From Mobula hypostoma (taxonomy: Eukaryota), in assembly GCF_963921235.1 (NCBI RefSeq), contig NC_086097.1, forward strand, positions 242,732,001 to 242,796,000: DNA of 64,000 bases, given 5' to 3'. Under the pieces are notes generated by a model that worked only from the letters and a program-made list of their open reading frames with translations, made no database searches and was not told the origin of the DNA. Below, in pieces: positions 26,555 through 38,700 of the stretch. A program made the translations under genes and the position numbers. The first letter of the stretch is position 1, and every line of letters starts with the position of its first letter.

Positions 26555-26910
26555 AGATTATAAGGTCATAAGGTACAGGAGCAGAATTAGTCCATTCGAC
26601 CCATTGAGTCTGTCCTGCCATTTCATCATGGCTGATCCATTTTCTCTCTCAGCCCCAATCTCCTGCCTTCTCCCCGTATCCCTTTATGCCCTGACTGATC
26701 AAGAATCCATCAAACTGCCTTAAATATACCTGATGATTTGGTCTCCACAGCTGCATGTTGCAATGAATTCCACCGATTCACCGTCCTCTGGCTAAAGAAT
26801 CTCCTGCCTCTATTCTGAGGTTATGTCCTCTGGTCTTAGACTCCCCCACCACAGGAATAGTCCTCTCTATATCCACTCTATCAAGGCCTTTCAACATTCG
26901 ACAGGTATCG
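26555..26910 (-). mobile_element. CR1 3' fragment
   Basis: CR1 3' UTR with ctggtcttagactcccccacc motif. Confidence 0.75.
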
Positions 26911-27385
26911 AATAATTGGCCATATATATAATTTTATAGCACGGCAAAATGCCATATACAAATTCGCCAACAGCACTGAGATTGGACAGATCACAGGTGT
27001 CGATGAGTCAGATTACCAGAGCAAGCTGGGACACCTGGTTTAGTGGTGCCACACTCAACGTCATCCAAACTAAAGAGCTGAAGATTTTATTTCATGTTAT
27101 GTTGCTGCCGGAATGTGTGAAGACACTTGGAGACGGTTGCCGAGCACATCCTTGTGTTGTCTTGGTTGTTAATGCAAACGATGCATATCACTGCATGTAC
27201 ATGCGATAAATTCATGAATCTGAATCAGATCTAATTTCATTGCTTAAAAGAAGATTATAAAATCGTGTCCAAATTGTTAGCAATTAAGTCGAGACAATGA
27301 CTGCTGATTCACTTAGATCAGATCTGGGGTGTTGCAGATTCTAAACATTGACCAGAATTGCTTAGTCAAGTCAAATCAAGTTTAT

Positions 27386-27509
27386 GCAACACATACAAAA
27401 TAGTGGGTGAACTCAGCAAGCTGTAGATGCTGCCTGGCCTGCTGAGTTCCTCCAGCATTTCGTGCGTGTTGCTCTGGATTTCCAGTACCTGCAGATTTTC
27501 TCTTGTTTG
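27386..27509 (+). mobile_element. PLE pseudo-LTR mini-insertion with inverted 5' piece
   Basis: 14-bp TSD caaatcaagtttat at 27372-27385 and 27510-27523. Confidence 0.85.
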
Positions 27510-27719
27510 CAAATCAAGTTTATTGTCATTTGTTGTGTTCGGAGGAACATGTTTCATGAAACGGGTGATGTCAGAGTCAGATTAAGTATATGGTCACCAG
27601 CCGGCTGTAAGTTTAAATTCAGCTAAACATTGTGGTGCAAGAGAGAAAATCATAGGCACATGAAGATGTAGCGATTAGTATGCAGACAGAAGGATGTGGC
27701 TCAAATATTTAAAAAGATA

Positions 27720-28062
27720 ATAGAACATAGAACACAGAATAGTACAGCACAGTACAGGCCCTTCGGCCCACTATGTTGTGCCGACCCTCAAACCCTGCCT
27801 CCCAAATAACCCCCCCGACCGTAAATTCCTCCATATACCTGTCTAGTAGTCTCTTAAACGTCACTAGTGTATCTGCCTCCACCACTGACTCAGGCAGTGC
27901 ATTCCACACACCAACCACTCTCCGAGTAAAAAACCTTCCTCTAATATTCCCCTTGAACTTCCCACCCCTTACCTTAAAGCCATGTCCTCTTGTATTGAGC
28001 AGTGGTGCCCTGGGGAAGAGGCGCTGGCTATCCACTCTATCTATTCCTCTTATTATCTTGTA
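27720..28062 (-). mobile_element. Young CR1 3' fragment
   Basis: FPRAPLLNTRGHGFKV; nearly identical to the 60523-61330 copy. Confidence 0.9.
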
Positions 28063-29165
28063 AGTTACTGGACAATGAAGAAGAGTTTCCAGCCAAGCGG
28101 GTATTAAAATTACAAGTTCAAATTAAACTTATTATCAAGATATATATTCTGTAGCATCATCATCATGTGCCATGTCGTATGACATGGGCAATTGTGGTCT
28201 TTCCATTATCATGTTTGTTCTTGGCAAATTTTTCTGCAGAAGTGGTTTGCCATTTCTGTGCCTTTTCCGGGCGGTGCCTTTACAAGATGGTGACCCCAGC
28301 CATTATCAATCCTCTTCAGAGATTGTCTTCCTGGCATCTGTGGTCGTATAACCAGGACATGATATGGACCAGCTGCTCGTATGGCCATCTACCACCTGCT
28401 CCCATGGTTTCACGTGATAATGTTTGGGCTCCTTGCCCAAGATTGACATGTAGGCTAGTGGAGGGAAGTTCAAAATAAGTTTATTTATCAAACTACATTT
28501 ATATCACCATATACAGCCCAGAGATTCATTTTCTTGCAGGCATTTACACAAAAAAGTACCATAGGATTTTACAAAAACAGACATACAAAGACTGTCAAAC
28601 AACCAATGTGTAAAAGAAGTTAAATTGTGCAAATTAAAATAATATGGAGAATAAGAGTTGCAAGTGAGTCTGTAGGTTGTAGAATCAGTTTAGAGAATGG
28701 TGAATGAAATTACCCACACACTAAGTACATCTGTGCTGAGCAATTAATACAAATCCCACCAAGGCAGATAGGTTTTAAGAATGGGCAGTTGTCCAACTGA
28801 GAGAAAGCAATCTAAAGTATGGTTTTAATACTGATCTCACCAAAACTAACCACAAGGGAATGGGTAAGCACTGGTTCCAGCAGTATGTAAGCACAAGAGA
28901 TTCTGCAGATGCTGGAAATCCAGGCAACTCCCACAAAATGCTGGAGGAACTCGGCAAGTCAGGCAACATCCATGGAATGGGTTAACCAGTGACTTTTTCA
29001 GGATGGACGGGGGGATAACTTAGAAGACAGAACCGGAGACAGCGAGGACCTACGACCAACACTCAGAGTCAGGGACATAAGAGATAGAGCTGCCATCAGG
29101 CCCACTCTCCTCTTCCTGGGCACTCCACTGCAAACAGGTTGTGTTGTTTCCTGTTAGTTACCTAA

Positions 29166-29560
29166 TTACCTACTTACTTAAACCCATCGCCCCTTCTGGG
29201 GCATAGGCTACCAACAGCAGCTCTCCAGAGTCCTGAAGAAGGGTCTCGGCCCGAAATGTCGACTGTTTACTCTTTTCCATAGATACTGCTTGACCTGCTG
29301 AGTGCCTCCAGCATTTTGTCTGTGTTCCTCTGACCTGGGCTAGTCTTTCCTTCCTCTCTCAAGGATGAGGTGTTTCGAGCTTCTTTTGTCATTTCCGTAG
29401 CTCTGGGTTTTTATGGGATGGGTTTGTTGGCCCCATGCCCAACCCTCTTCCCTTCATAGCCGGGCTTGGGACTGTATCGTGAGCAGTTTCGGAGCTCTGT
29501 CTAAAAAGTGATGTGCCGGCAAGGTGGAGTTTGGGTAGTTACAGTATATGCCGACCGTTA
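29166..29560 (-). mobile_element. Non-autonomous RTE-like element, interrupted by a PLE pseudo-LTR (29229-29326, +)
   Basis: (taag)n tail; ccccatgcccaaccc and gggcttgggactg RTE 5' UTR-like motifs. Confidence 0.55.
29229..29264 (+). ncRNA. Minimal type I hammerhead ribozyme motif (PLE), near intact
   Basis: agtc-CTGAAGA-agggtctcggccc-GAAA-tg-TC-gact. Confidence 0.7.
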
Positions 29561-31250
29561 AATGAAGACGGGGTGCAGTGCTGCTGGAGCTCACCGGAGC
29601 ACTGTTCCAGCACCTCTATAAAAAACAGTCAAAATAAACAAGCGGGGAATTTAACAGCGGCCGCATATTAAATAGAGGGAATTTTACGGAAGCGGGGTTT
29701 GGGGAGAGGGGGTGGTGGCTGGTGGGGAAAGTATCACTAATAATATTAGGATAGGATATTTGATCGTTTTTGGTGAAATCCTGGAGCTGTGACTGTTTTT
29801 TTATTTAAGTATTTGTGAAATTCGTCCTCGCTCGACCCGTTGTTTTCCCAGCATGCCGTGCTGTAGCCTCCCGCCATTTCACAGATCCTCAGTCTCTCTC
29901 CAGCCGAGGGACGGCTGTACACAAGTATGAGCATTTTTCCGCTCTTTCCAATGGGTATCATTGGATTCCTGGTAGGAGCTACATTAAGCAAGGAATGAAC
30001 ATCAAAACCTAAGGTTGAAAGTCGAAAATAATGAAAGAAAAATTCACTGCTCATTATCTTCAGCCTGATTTTGATGAAATATTCAAGGTAATCATACAAA
30101 ATCCTCTTCTACACCTGGATAAAGTAAATTTAGTTTTTTTTTTACAAGCCAAATGGAGAAAAAAAAACATTTCTAGGCTATAAGCTAGTTTTAAGTCATT
30201 TCAGCTATCATTAACAGCAGATCAACCCCTTGGCCAAGCTCCACCAACCGTGGTTGATTGGAAAGAGGCTCATTTTCTCTTTGTGTTGATAGGAAAAAGA
30301 GTAATTTAGTGAGGCAATGAATGAGACAAAACGCATTTCCAAACCTCCCAAATGGTTGCTCTCCTCCCCGTTAACATTTGTCACTTCCAAAGTACGATAT
30401 TTTTTATTTGTATAGATACGATAATAATTTAGTAAAGATTCAAGCATCTTTAAATTATTATATATTTAAAGACTAAACAGGATCTGTATTGGTCTAACCA
30501 TGTAATACCCGACACGTGAGGATATTGTGAGTATCGACACACACAGGTACACTTCCTATCCAACCATTTCTGCGAGAGAAATGGTACAAGGCAGAGTTGC
30601 CAACCTACTGCTTTTGATACTAATATTCACCAATATTCATGGCTTTAGCAATAGTTCATTAGACGTTCTTTTCTCATACTTGATTACTTGGTTCCAATTT
30701 AGGTGGCTAAAAGTGTAAAAAGCTTGTTTGCTTTATTTCTGTTATTTTTGTACCTGCTTAGGAACACTGCTAAGCGTTGCGAGCTGTAACTGTCTCAGAA
30801 ACATGATTCATTGAGATGTTTATTTTATATGTTTTTGTCATAAATTCATGATTTTTTAAATGTTAAAATAATGTTTGATTAAAAATTTTGTGCTTTTTAT
30901 GTAAGGGTTTATTTAATGTAGAGCATAACGGGTCACATGACCAGAGTTTAATAAGAGCATGACTGTGGCATTATGGGTCAGAACCAATTTGGAAGCCGAG
31001 AAAGACATGTGGCCCTAAAATAACCTCATTCTGCATTGGTCCAAGAGGCGCACACGGTAATTGATTTTATTTGTTTTATATTATGTATAATGTTGTTGAT
31101 GTGCCTTTACATGGACAATGTGATACGTTTTTAGTGATTTTATTTGAATTCAGCACACTTCTGTTGTGCTGATGTGTTTTGGGTCTGTTTATCGGCCCAC
31201 ACTAGCTTGAGAGACCTTAAAAGACTGAGAGATGTATGTTTCAAACCTTA

Positions 31251-31443
31251 GCAACACACATAAAAGTTGCTGGTGAATGCAGCAGGCCAGGCAGCGTCTC
31301 TAGGAAGAGGTGCAGTCGACGTTTCAGGCCGAGACCCTTCGTCAGGGTCTTCCTAGAGATGGTGCCTGGCCTGCTGCGTTCACCAGCAACTTTTATGTGT
31401 GTTGCTTGAATTTCAAGCATCTGCAGAATTCCTGTTGTTTGCG
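31251..31443 (+). mobile_element. PLE fold-back mini-insertion with hammerhead core in the loop
   Basis: 58-bp inverted arms 31251-31308 and 31348-31405; 14-bp TSD tgtttcaaacctta at 31237-31250 and 31444-31457. Confidence 0.9.
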
Positions 31444-34024
31444 TGTTTCAAACCTTATATGTCTTTTATTTTCTTGTAGTTTTCACGGTGTCTGCTGAAG
31501 AAAGAGAGAGAGAGAGAGATCAAAATAAATCTTCAAGGACATCTGTATGATGCGTGGCCATTATTTCATTGGACCAGTGTAGTTACAGGGGCCCTGCTGT
31601 CTGCTCTGACTCAGTCGTATTAGTAAGGCTACATCTGTGGTGGTCCGTGGATTACTCACTAGTACAAAAGTAATTTTTCTCACTAACAACCCTATGGCTT
31701 CTAAGCAAACAACGATAACTTCCTTCTTTCGTAAACAAGCTGAGGAGTGTAGCAAGAGTAACGTTCAAGAGAATGGTAACAGTAAAAGTGACAAAAGCTG
31801 TGTTTTGCCTGCTTCTAGTTCAAATTTTCTAACCGGGTCCAAATGCAGTTCTGAAAGTAATGATCCTTTGAAGTCAGGTTTGTATCCCTGTTCAGATGTT
31901 TGGACTGAAGAAATGTGGAAGAAAAAGAGGGAAACTTATCCCTGGTTAGACTTCAAGGATGATAAACTTGTGTGTAAAGTATGTGCAACTGCAAACAGAA
32001 GCAATCTGACACTTTCCACTTCTAAGGGTTTGAGGCTGTCAAACGAATGGCAGATGTACCAAGTATCCAACAAACTTTTGAGGTCGGTTGAGGTGAGACA
32101 AATGAAGGAGCGAGTGAGGGGATTGGCTGAGAAGGAGCGGTTGATTTAAAACCCAGTTGAGACCAGCCAGCAACACAAACGTTCGAGGTCGGACGAGGTG
32201 CGACAAGTGAAACGAATTAGTCAAAATATCAGCCAATATAATCAAGGTTTGCTCTAGGGGAGCGGACTTGTCGAGGGAAGTGCCTTGTGAGAAAAGTGCA
32301 AGTCTTTATCTCGAGAATCTTCGGCGAGGAGGCTGAGGGAGGAGACTACGCCACAGCTGGAGAGGGTGAGAAGCGGTGAAGAAATGACAGGTCAACTGAT
32401 TCAGTGTGCTGCTTGCATGATGTGGGAGGTCAGGGACGTTGCGTTGATGGTGCCTCTGGCTGCTACAAATGTGGAAAGTGCGTCCAGGTTCAGCTCCTGA
32501 AGGACCGTGTTAGGGCACTGGAGAGGCAACTGGATGACCTCAGGTTCATCCAGGAAACGAGAGTTTTCTGGACAGGACCTACAGCGAGATCGTTACACCG
32601 AAGATACCGGAAGAGAGAAGTGGGGCGACGATGAGGAACGGATGGATGCTTGGAGTACAGGAGACCCCGGGGGATGTACCTCTAGAAAACAGGTTCACCC
32701 TCTTGGAAGCTGTCCGGACAGAAGACATTGCCAGTCCAGTCTGAGAGGCGGACAGGTCTGCGAGTCAAAAATTGGCACTGAAACAAAGTTGGGGAGATAG
32801 AAGTCAGGCAGAGCCGTGGTAATAGGGGACTCCATAGTCAGAGGTACAGAAAGGGGTTTCTGCGGCAACAGGCGGGATTTAAGGATGGTATGTTGCCTCC
32901 CTGGTGCCAGGATCCAGGACGTCACAGATGGATTGCAGGGCACCCTCAAGGGTGAAGGTGAACAGCCGGAAGTGGTGGTGTATGTTGGCACAAATGACGT
33001 CAGGAAGAGGAGGAAAGAAATTCTGCAGCGTGACTTCAGAGAACTTGGAAGAAGGCTAAAAAGCAGGACCTCCAGGGCGGTTATCTCGGGTTTGCTTCCA
33101 GTTCCTTGTGCTGGTGAGGGCAGGAACAGGGAGATAGGGGATCTGAATATGTGGCTGAGGAGCTGGTGTGGGAGGTAGGGGTTTAGATTCTTGGACCACT
33201 GGGATCTGTTTTGGGGTAAGGATGAATTGTACAGAAGGGACGGGTTGCATCTTAACAGACGGGGGACCAGCATTGTGGCAGGCAGGTTTACCACTGCTAC
33301 ACGGGTATGTTTAAACTAAGTAGTGGGCTGAGGGGTCGAATTGGAAATATAAGGATGGAGTAAAGAGAGAATAAGAGAAGTTAAGAAAGACAACAGAATT
33401 AACGGGCAGAAAGCTCAGGAAGGGATCGGAGAGTATGGCCAAGTGCAATAGGAATCGATGTGAAAGGTGAGGGGAGTAAAAGTATTACTTTAAATGGATT
33501 AAAAGTATTAGATATGTATGCACGAAGTATAATAAATAAAGTGGATGAGCTTGAGGCTCAGCTGGAAATTGGCAAGTATGACGTTGTGGGAATAACAGAG
33601 ACATGGCTGCAAGAGGACCAGGGCTGGGAAATGAATATTCAGGGATATACATCCTATCGAAAGGACAGACAGGTTGGCAGAGGGGGTGGGGTGGTTCTGT
33701 TGGTGAGGAATGGTATTCAGTCCCTTGCGAGGGGGGACATAGAATCAGGAGACGTAGAGTCAGTATGGATAGAACTGAGAAACTGTAAGGACAAAAAGAC
33801 CCTGATGGGAGTTATCTACAGGCCCCCAAATAGTAGCCTGGATATGAAGTGCAAGTTAAATCAAGAGTTAAAATTGGCATGTCACAAAGGTAATACTACA
33901 ATTGTTATGGGGGATTTCAACATGCAGGTAGACTGGGAAAATTAGGTTGGTACTGGACCCCAAGAAAGGGAGTTTGTGGAATGCCTCAGAGATGGATTCT
34001 TAGAGCAGATTGTATTAGAGCCTA

Positions 34025-34158
34025 ACAACAGGAATTCTGCAGATGCTGGAAATTCAAGCAACACACATCAAAGTTGCTGGTGAACGCAGCAGGCCAGGCA
34101 GCATCTCTAGGAAGAGGTACAGTCGACGTTTCAGGCCGAGACCCTTCGTCAGGACTGG
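34025..34158 (-). mobile_element. Solo PLE pseudo-LTR insertion
   Basis: TSD attagagccta at 34014-34024 and 34159-34169 (14 bp if one mismatch is allowed). Confidence 0.9.
34120..34157 (-). ncRNA. Intact minimal type I hammerhead ribozyme motif
   Basis: Minus strand CAGUC-CUGACGA-AGGGUCUCGGCCU-GAAA-CG-UC/GACUG; predicted cleavage between 34125 and 34124. Confidence 0.8.
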
Positions 34159-34525
34159 ATTAGAGCCTACCAGGGAGAAGGCAATTCTGGATTTAGTGTT
34201 GTGTACTGAGCCAGATTTGATAAGGGAACTTGAGATAAAGGAGCTATTAGGAGGCAGTGACAATAATATGATAAGTTTTAATCTACAATTTGAGAGGGAG
34301 CAGGGAAAATCGGAAGTGTCAGTATTACAGTTGAACAAAGGGGACGATGGACCCATGAGGGGGCTGGGGAGAGTCACTCTTGGGTGGAAGGTCCAGCTGC
34401 TGAGTTGGCTCGACTGGAAGCTGGCTGTGTTTTGCTTGATGCGTGAATGTGGTTTGGAACCTGTTGAGGGAAAGAGAGTGGGGAAGGAACGGAAATTGCT
34501 GGGAGGGGGTCGTGTGGGTCCGGTA

Positions 34526-35757
34526 ATGGCGGACAAGATAAGAGGCGGGGTTGAGGGAAAGAAAGTGGAGAAGGAGAGGGATAGAGACTTGGGACCAGAG
34601 GTAGGCAGCTGGGGAGAGGTGGATTATTGTGAAGGGAGAAATAAAGGGAATGAGGAGGTAGTGAGGGGTCGGATGAATAAAAACCAAGACAAAGGGAATA
34701 AAAGAATAAGAAATGATAGTGGAGAAAGCTCTGAAAGTGAGGAAGATGAACAAGCTCAGAGAGGAGGTGTTGTCATAATTAGGTTTAATGAGAAGGCTCA
34801 GGGACATATGAAGAAAATTAACCCGTTTGTGCTAACAACAACTCTGACAAATAAGATAGGGGAAATAGTGTTTGCAAAAGTCCTTAATGATGGCAACTTA
34901 TTGGTAAGATGTGCGAATGAGGAACAACTTGAGAAAGCACTCAAGCTAAAAGAGATAGGAAAATGCAAAGTGGAATACACTGGGAGGGTGGGAGCACAAA
35001 AAGTGGTTGTAAAGGAGTGATCACGGGGATACCAATGAGTATAAATATGGAGGAGATAAAGAGGAATATCAAAGGAGGGAAAGTAATGAATGTTCAAAGA
35101 CTGAAAACAACAAAGGAGGGAGTGAAAAAGGAAAGTGAATCAGTATTGATTGAATTTGAAGAAGAAAGAGTGCCAAGGAAGGTGTTCCTGGGTTTCATGA
35201 GTTACCCAGTAAGGGTGTATGTGCCAAAACCATTGAGGTGCTATAATTGTCAAAGGTTTGGACACGTGGCTAAAAACTGTAAAAGGCAGAGGAGATGTGC
35301 TAGATGTGGGGGTGATCATGAATATGGAAAGTGCGGAACAGGAGTTCAACCAAAATGCTGCAATTGTGGAGGAGCTCATAATGTTGCATATAGTGGGTGT
35401 GAGGTTGTCAGACGGGAGACTAAAATTCAAGAAATAAGAGTGAAAAGAAAGATCACTTATGCAGAAGCTGTAAGAATGTCAAGAGAACAGAATAATGCTC
35501 CTAATGAACAGGGAGCAATAGGGATACGAGAGATGCAACAAAGAACAAATGACAGGATTTATGTAGACAAAAAGGCTCTAGTAACATTCGTTGCAGGAGT
35601 GATTAATAGTACGGCTGAGGTAAAGTCAAAAATTGACAAAATTCAGCTGGTGGTAAAAGCAGAAGTAAACCATTTAGGGTTAGTAGGACTGACGTGGGAG
35701 GAAGTGAGGGAGAACCTCAGTAATCAGTCAATCCAGGAAGTGTCATGTGTTGGTTAA
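34526..35757 (+). pseudogene. Nimb ORF1 gag-like protein with three CCHC knuckles (one frameshift near 35000)
   Basis: PLRCYNCQRFGHVAKNC, CARCGGDH, CCNCGGAH. Confidence 0.9.
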
Positions 35758-35765
35758 TACCAATT

Positions 35766-38700
35766 ATGGTGATTCTTTTACAATGGAATGCAAGGAGCTT
35801 ACTGGCCAATAGCCAGGAATTCAAGCACTTTATTAAAGAAATGGTTGTAAAACCGGATGTAGTGTGTATTCAGGAAACTTGGTTGAAACCAACTTTAGAC
35901 TTTGTGGTATATGGGTATACAATGATAAGGAAAGATAGAAATCTAGGGGGAGGAGGGGGTTGTGCTATGTTAATCAAGCAAGGTATACCATATAGGGTAC
36001 TGGAAAAAGGACCAGTAGCACAATATGGGGGGATCAGATTACAGATCCAAATGGAAAGGTAATTGAAGATTTGATGGAAGAAAGGGATTTGGTGTGTATG
36101 AATGATGGTAGCGGCACAAGGATAGATATAACAACAGGAACTGAGTCAGTGTTAGATATTACGATAGTGTCTAATACCTTGGCTGGCATTAGTAACTGGG
36201 GAGTTTGGACTGCTTCAACAGTAGGCAGTGATCACCACCCAGTTTTGTGTTCAGTGGGTGAAAGAGTTGAAGTAAGACCAGGTGGCGGAACCCCAAAGTG
36301 GGTGTTTGTAAAAGCTGATTGGGGTAAGTTCCAGAAATAGAGTGAAGAAGGGTTGACAAAGATTGATTTTCTGGAAATGTAGATGAATTAAACAGTCAGG
36401 TGACTTCAGCAATTATCGTGGCAGCAGAAGGATCTATACCTAGGAGTAAAAATAGGATGAATAGAAAACTGGTACCATGGTGGACAGAGGAATGTTGTCA
36501 GGCTGTAAAAAACAGAAATAGAGCATTCAGGCTAGTTAAAAGAATCCATAATATGCAGCATTTGGTTCAATATAAGAAAGCACAGGCAGTGGTGAGAAGA
36601 ACTATACGTCAAGCTAAAAGGGCAAGTTGGAGGAGTTTTTGCGACAAGGTAGGAAGAACAACACCTGTGGGAGAGATATGGGGAATGATTAATAGGATGG
36701 GAGGAGATAGAAGGGAATGGGAATATCCAGTAATGATATATGAGGAGGAAACTGTAGTCTCCAGTAGGGATAAGGCTGAGGTCATGGCCAAGTCATTTGT
36801 ACTGATACACAGTTCAGAAGATTTGTCTGAAGAAGGGAGAAGAAGAAGGGGAAGAATAATGAGCCAACACTCAGGTGTGTTAAGCAGGAGGGAAGGAACA
36901 GATGATATAATTGTTGATCCATTTACATTAGCAGAAATGGTGAGAGCAATAAAGAGATCGAGACCAACCTCCCCAGGGAAAGATCTGATATGCTCTGTGA
37001 TGCTAAAAAATCTAGGAGAAGGAGCGCTCTTGAAGTTGCTGCATTTTTATAACAGAGTGTGGGAGGAGGGAAGATTACCAAGTGCATGGAAAGAAGCAGT
37101 AGTAAATCCAATAAGGAAGCCTGGCAAGGATCTGTCAAAACCCACTAGCTACAGACCAATTGCATTAACATCAAGTATATGTAAGATAATGGAAAGGATG
37201 ATAACAGAAAGGTTATCATATGAGCTTGAGAAAAGGGGAATGCTGGCAAGTTATCAGAGTGGTTTTAGAAAGGGAAGGAATTCCATGGACTCAGTGATTA
37301 TGTTAGAGACTGAAATAAGGAAGGCCCAGGCAAATAGAGAGTCAGTAGTGGCAGTGTTCTTTGACATTGAAAAAGCCTATGATATGATGTGGAAGGAAGG
37401 ATTATTAATTAAACTGCACAAGATGGGGGTTGGTGGGAGAGTCTTTAATTGGATTAAAAATTTTTTGTTTGATAGAAAAATTCAAGTTCGGATTGGATCA
37501 GAATTATCAAAACAGTACATAGTGGAAAATGGCACACCTCAAGGTAGTGTGATTAGCCGGTTACTTTTCATCATTATGATCAATGATGTCTTCACAAAGG
37601 TACCAGTGGATATAGGTAGGTCACTGTTTGCGGATGATGGGGCCTTGTGGAAAAGAGGCAGGAATATGGACCATATAATCAGGAAACTACAAGAAGCAAT
37701 TGATGAAGTGGTGGAGTGGGGTTATGATTGGGGATGTAGATTTTCAATAGATAAAACTCAAACTGTATTTTTTTTACCAGGAAAAGGGTTGAGGTAGGGA
37801 AGAAGTTAAGGATGTATGGGGTTGAATTAGAAAGGGTTGCATCATTTAAATTTCTGGGAGTTATACTTGATTCACAATTAACATGGGGAGACCATATCAG
37901 AAAAGTTGAGGAGAAATGTAAAAAAGTAATAAATGTGATGAGATGTTTGACTGGTAGGGAATGGGGAGCAAGTTGTTCAGCTTTGAAGAGAATGTATGTG
38001 GCTTTAGTAAGATCTGTATTGGATTATGGAAATATAGTATATGGATCAGCAGCTAGGTCTCTTATAAGGAAATTGGATGTGATTCAGGCTCAGGCCTTGA
38101 GAGTGTGCAGTGGGGCTTTTAAAACATCACCAGTGTCAGCCCTACAGGTAGAAATGGGAATAATGCCTTTGGAACTAAGAAGGATGCAACTGATGGCAAA
38201 CTACTGGGCTAACTTGCAGGGGCACAATGATTCTCACCCTACTAAAGGAGTGTTGCAGGAGTGCTGGGAAAATGGGAGGTTTCAGAGGGATACCTTTAGT
38301 CGGGTAGGGAATGATATCGCGAAAGAATGTGGAGTATTTGATCTGAGGATAAGTCCTTCAGTAGTTTATCTGGTTGTAGCTCCATGGAAGCTTGTATGGC
38401 CTGACATAGACTGGCATTTGTTAGAGGTAAAAAGGAAAGAAAGATATAAAACAGATGTGGTAAATGCATTTAACTGTCATGTGATGGAAAAGTATAGTGA
38501 TTATACCCACATTTATACAGATGGTGCGAAGGAACCTGAAACAGGAGTGACAGGGTTTGGGGTGGTAAAACCAGCAAAAGAAATTGGAATCAGGAATCAG
38601 CAGAAGAACATCAAATAAGTTAGGGGTGTTTACAGTGGAGATGCTGGCAGCGTTGGTTGCGTTGCAATGGGTGCAGAAAGCCAGACCATCCAAAGCATTG

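Noticed and set aside
29561..29568. 8-bp hAT TSD (aatgaaga versus cttgtagg at 44280-44287)
   Set aside because: Only 4 of 8 positions match, so it is not claimed as a TSD.
29693..29727. G-quadruplex-capable tract
   Set aside because: Such G-runs are common here and nothing indicates function.
31637..32149. 170-aa ORF as a standalone zinc-finger gene
   Set aside because: It is the transposase N-terminus running into the CR1 5' UTR at 32069.
34043..35020. 325-aa ORF as a novel protein
   Set aside because: Chance read-through of antisense PLE pseudo-LTR, CR1 ORF2, Nimb 5' UTR and Nimb ORF1.
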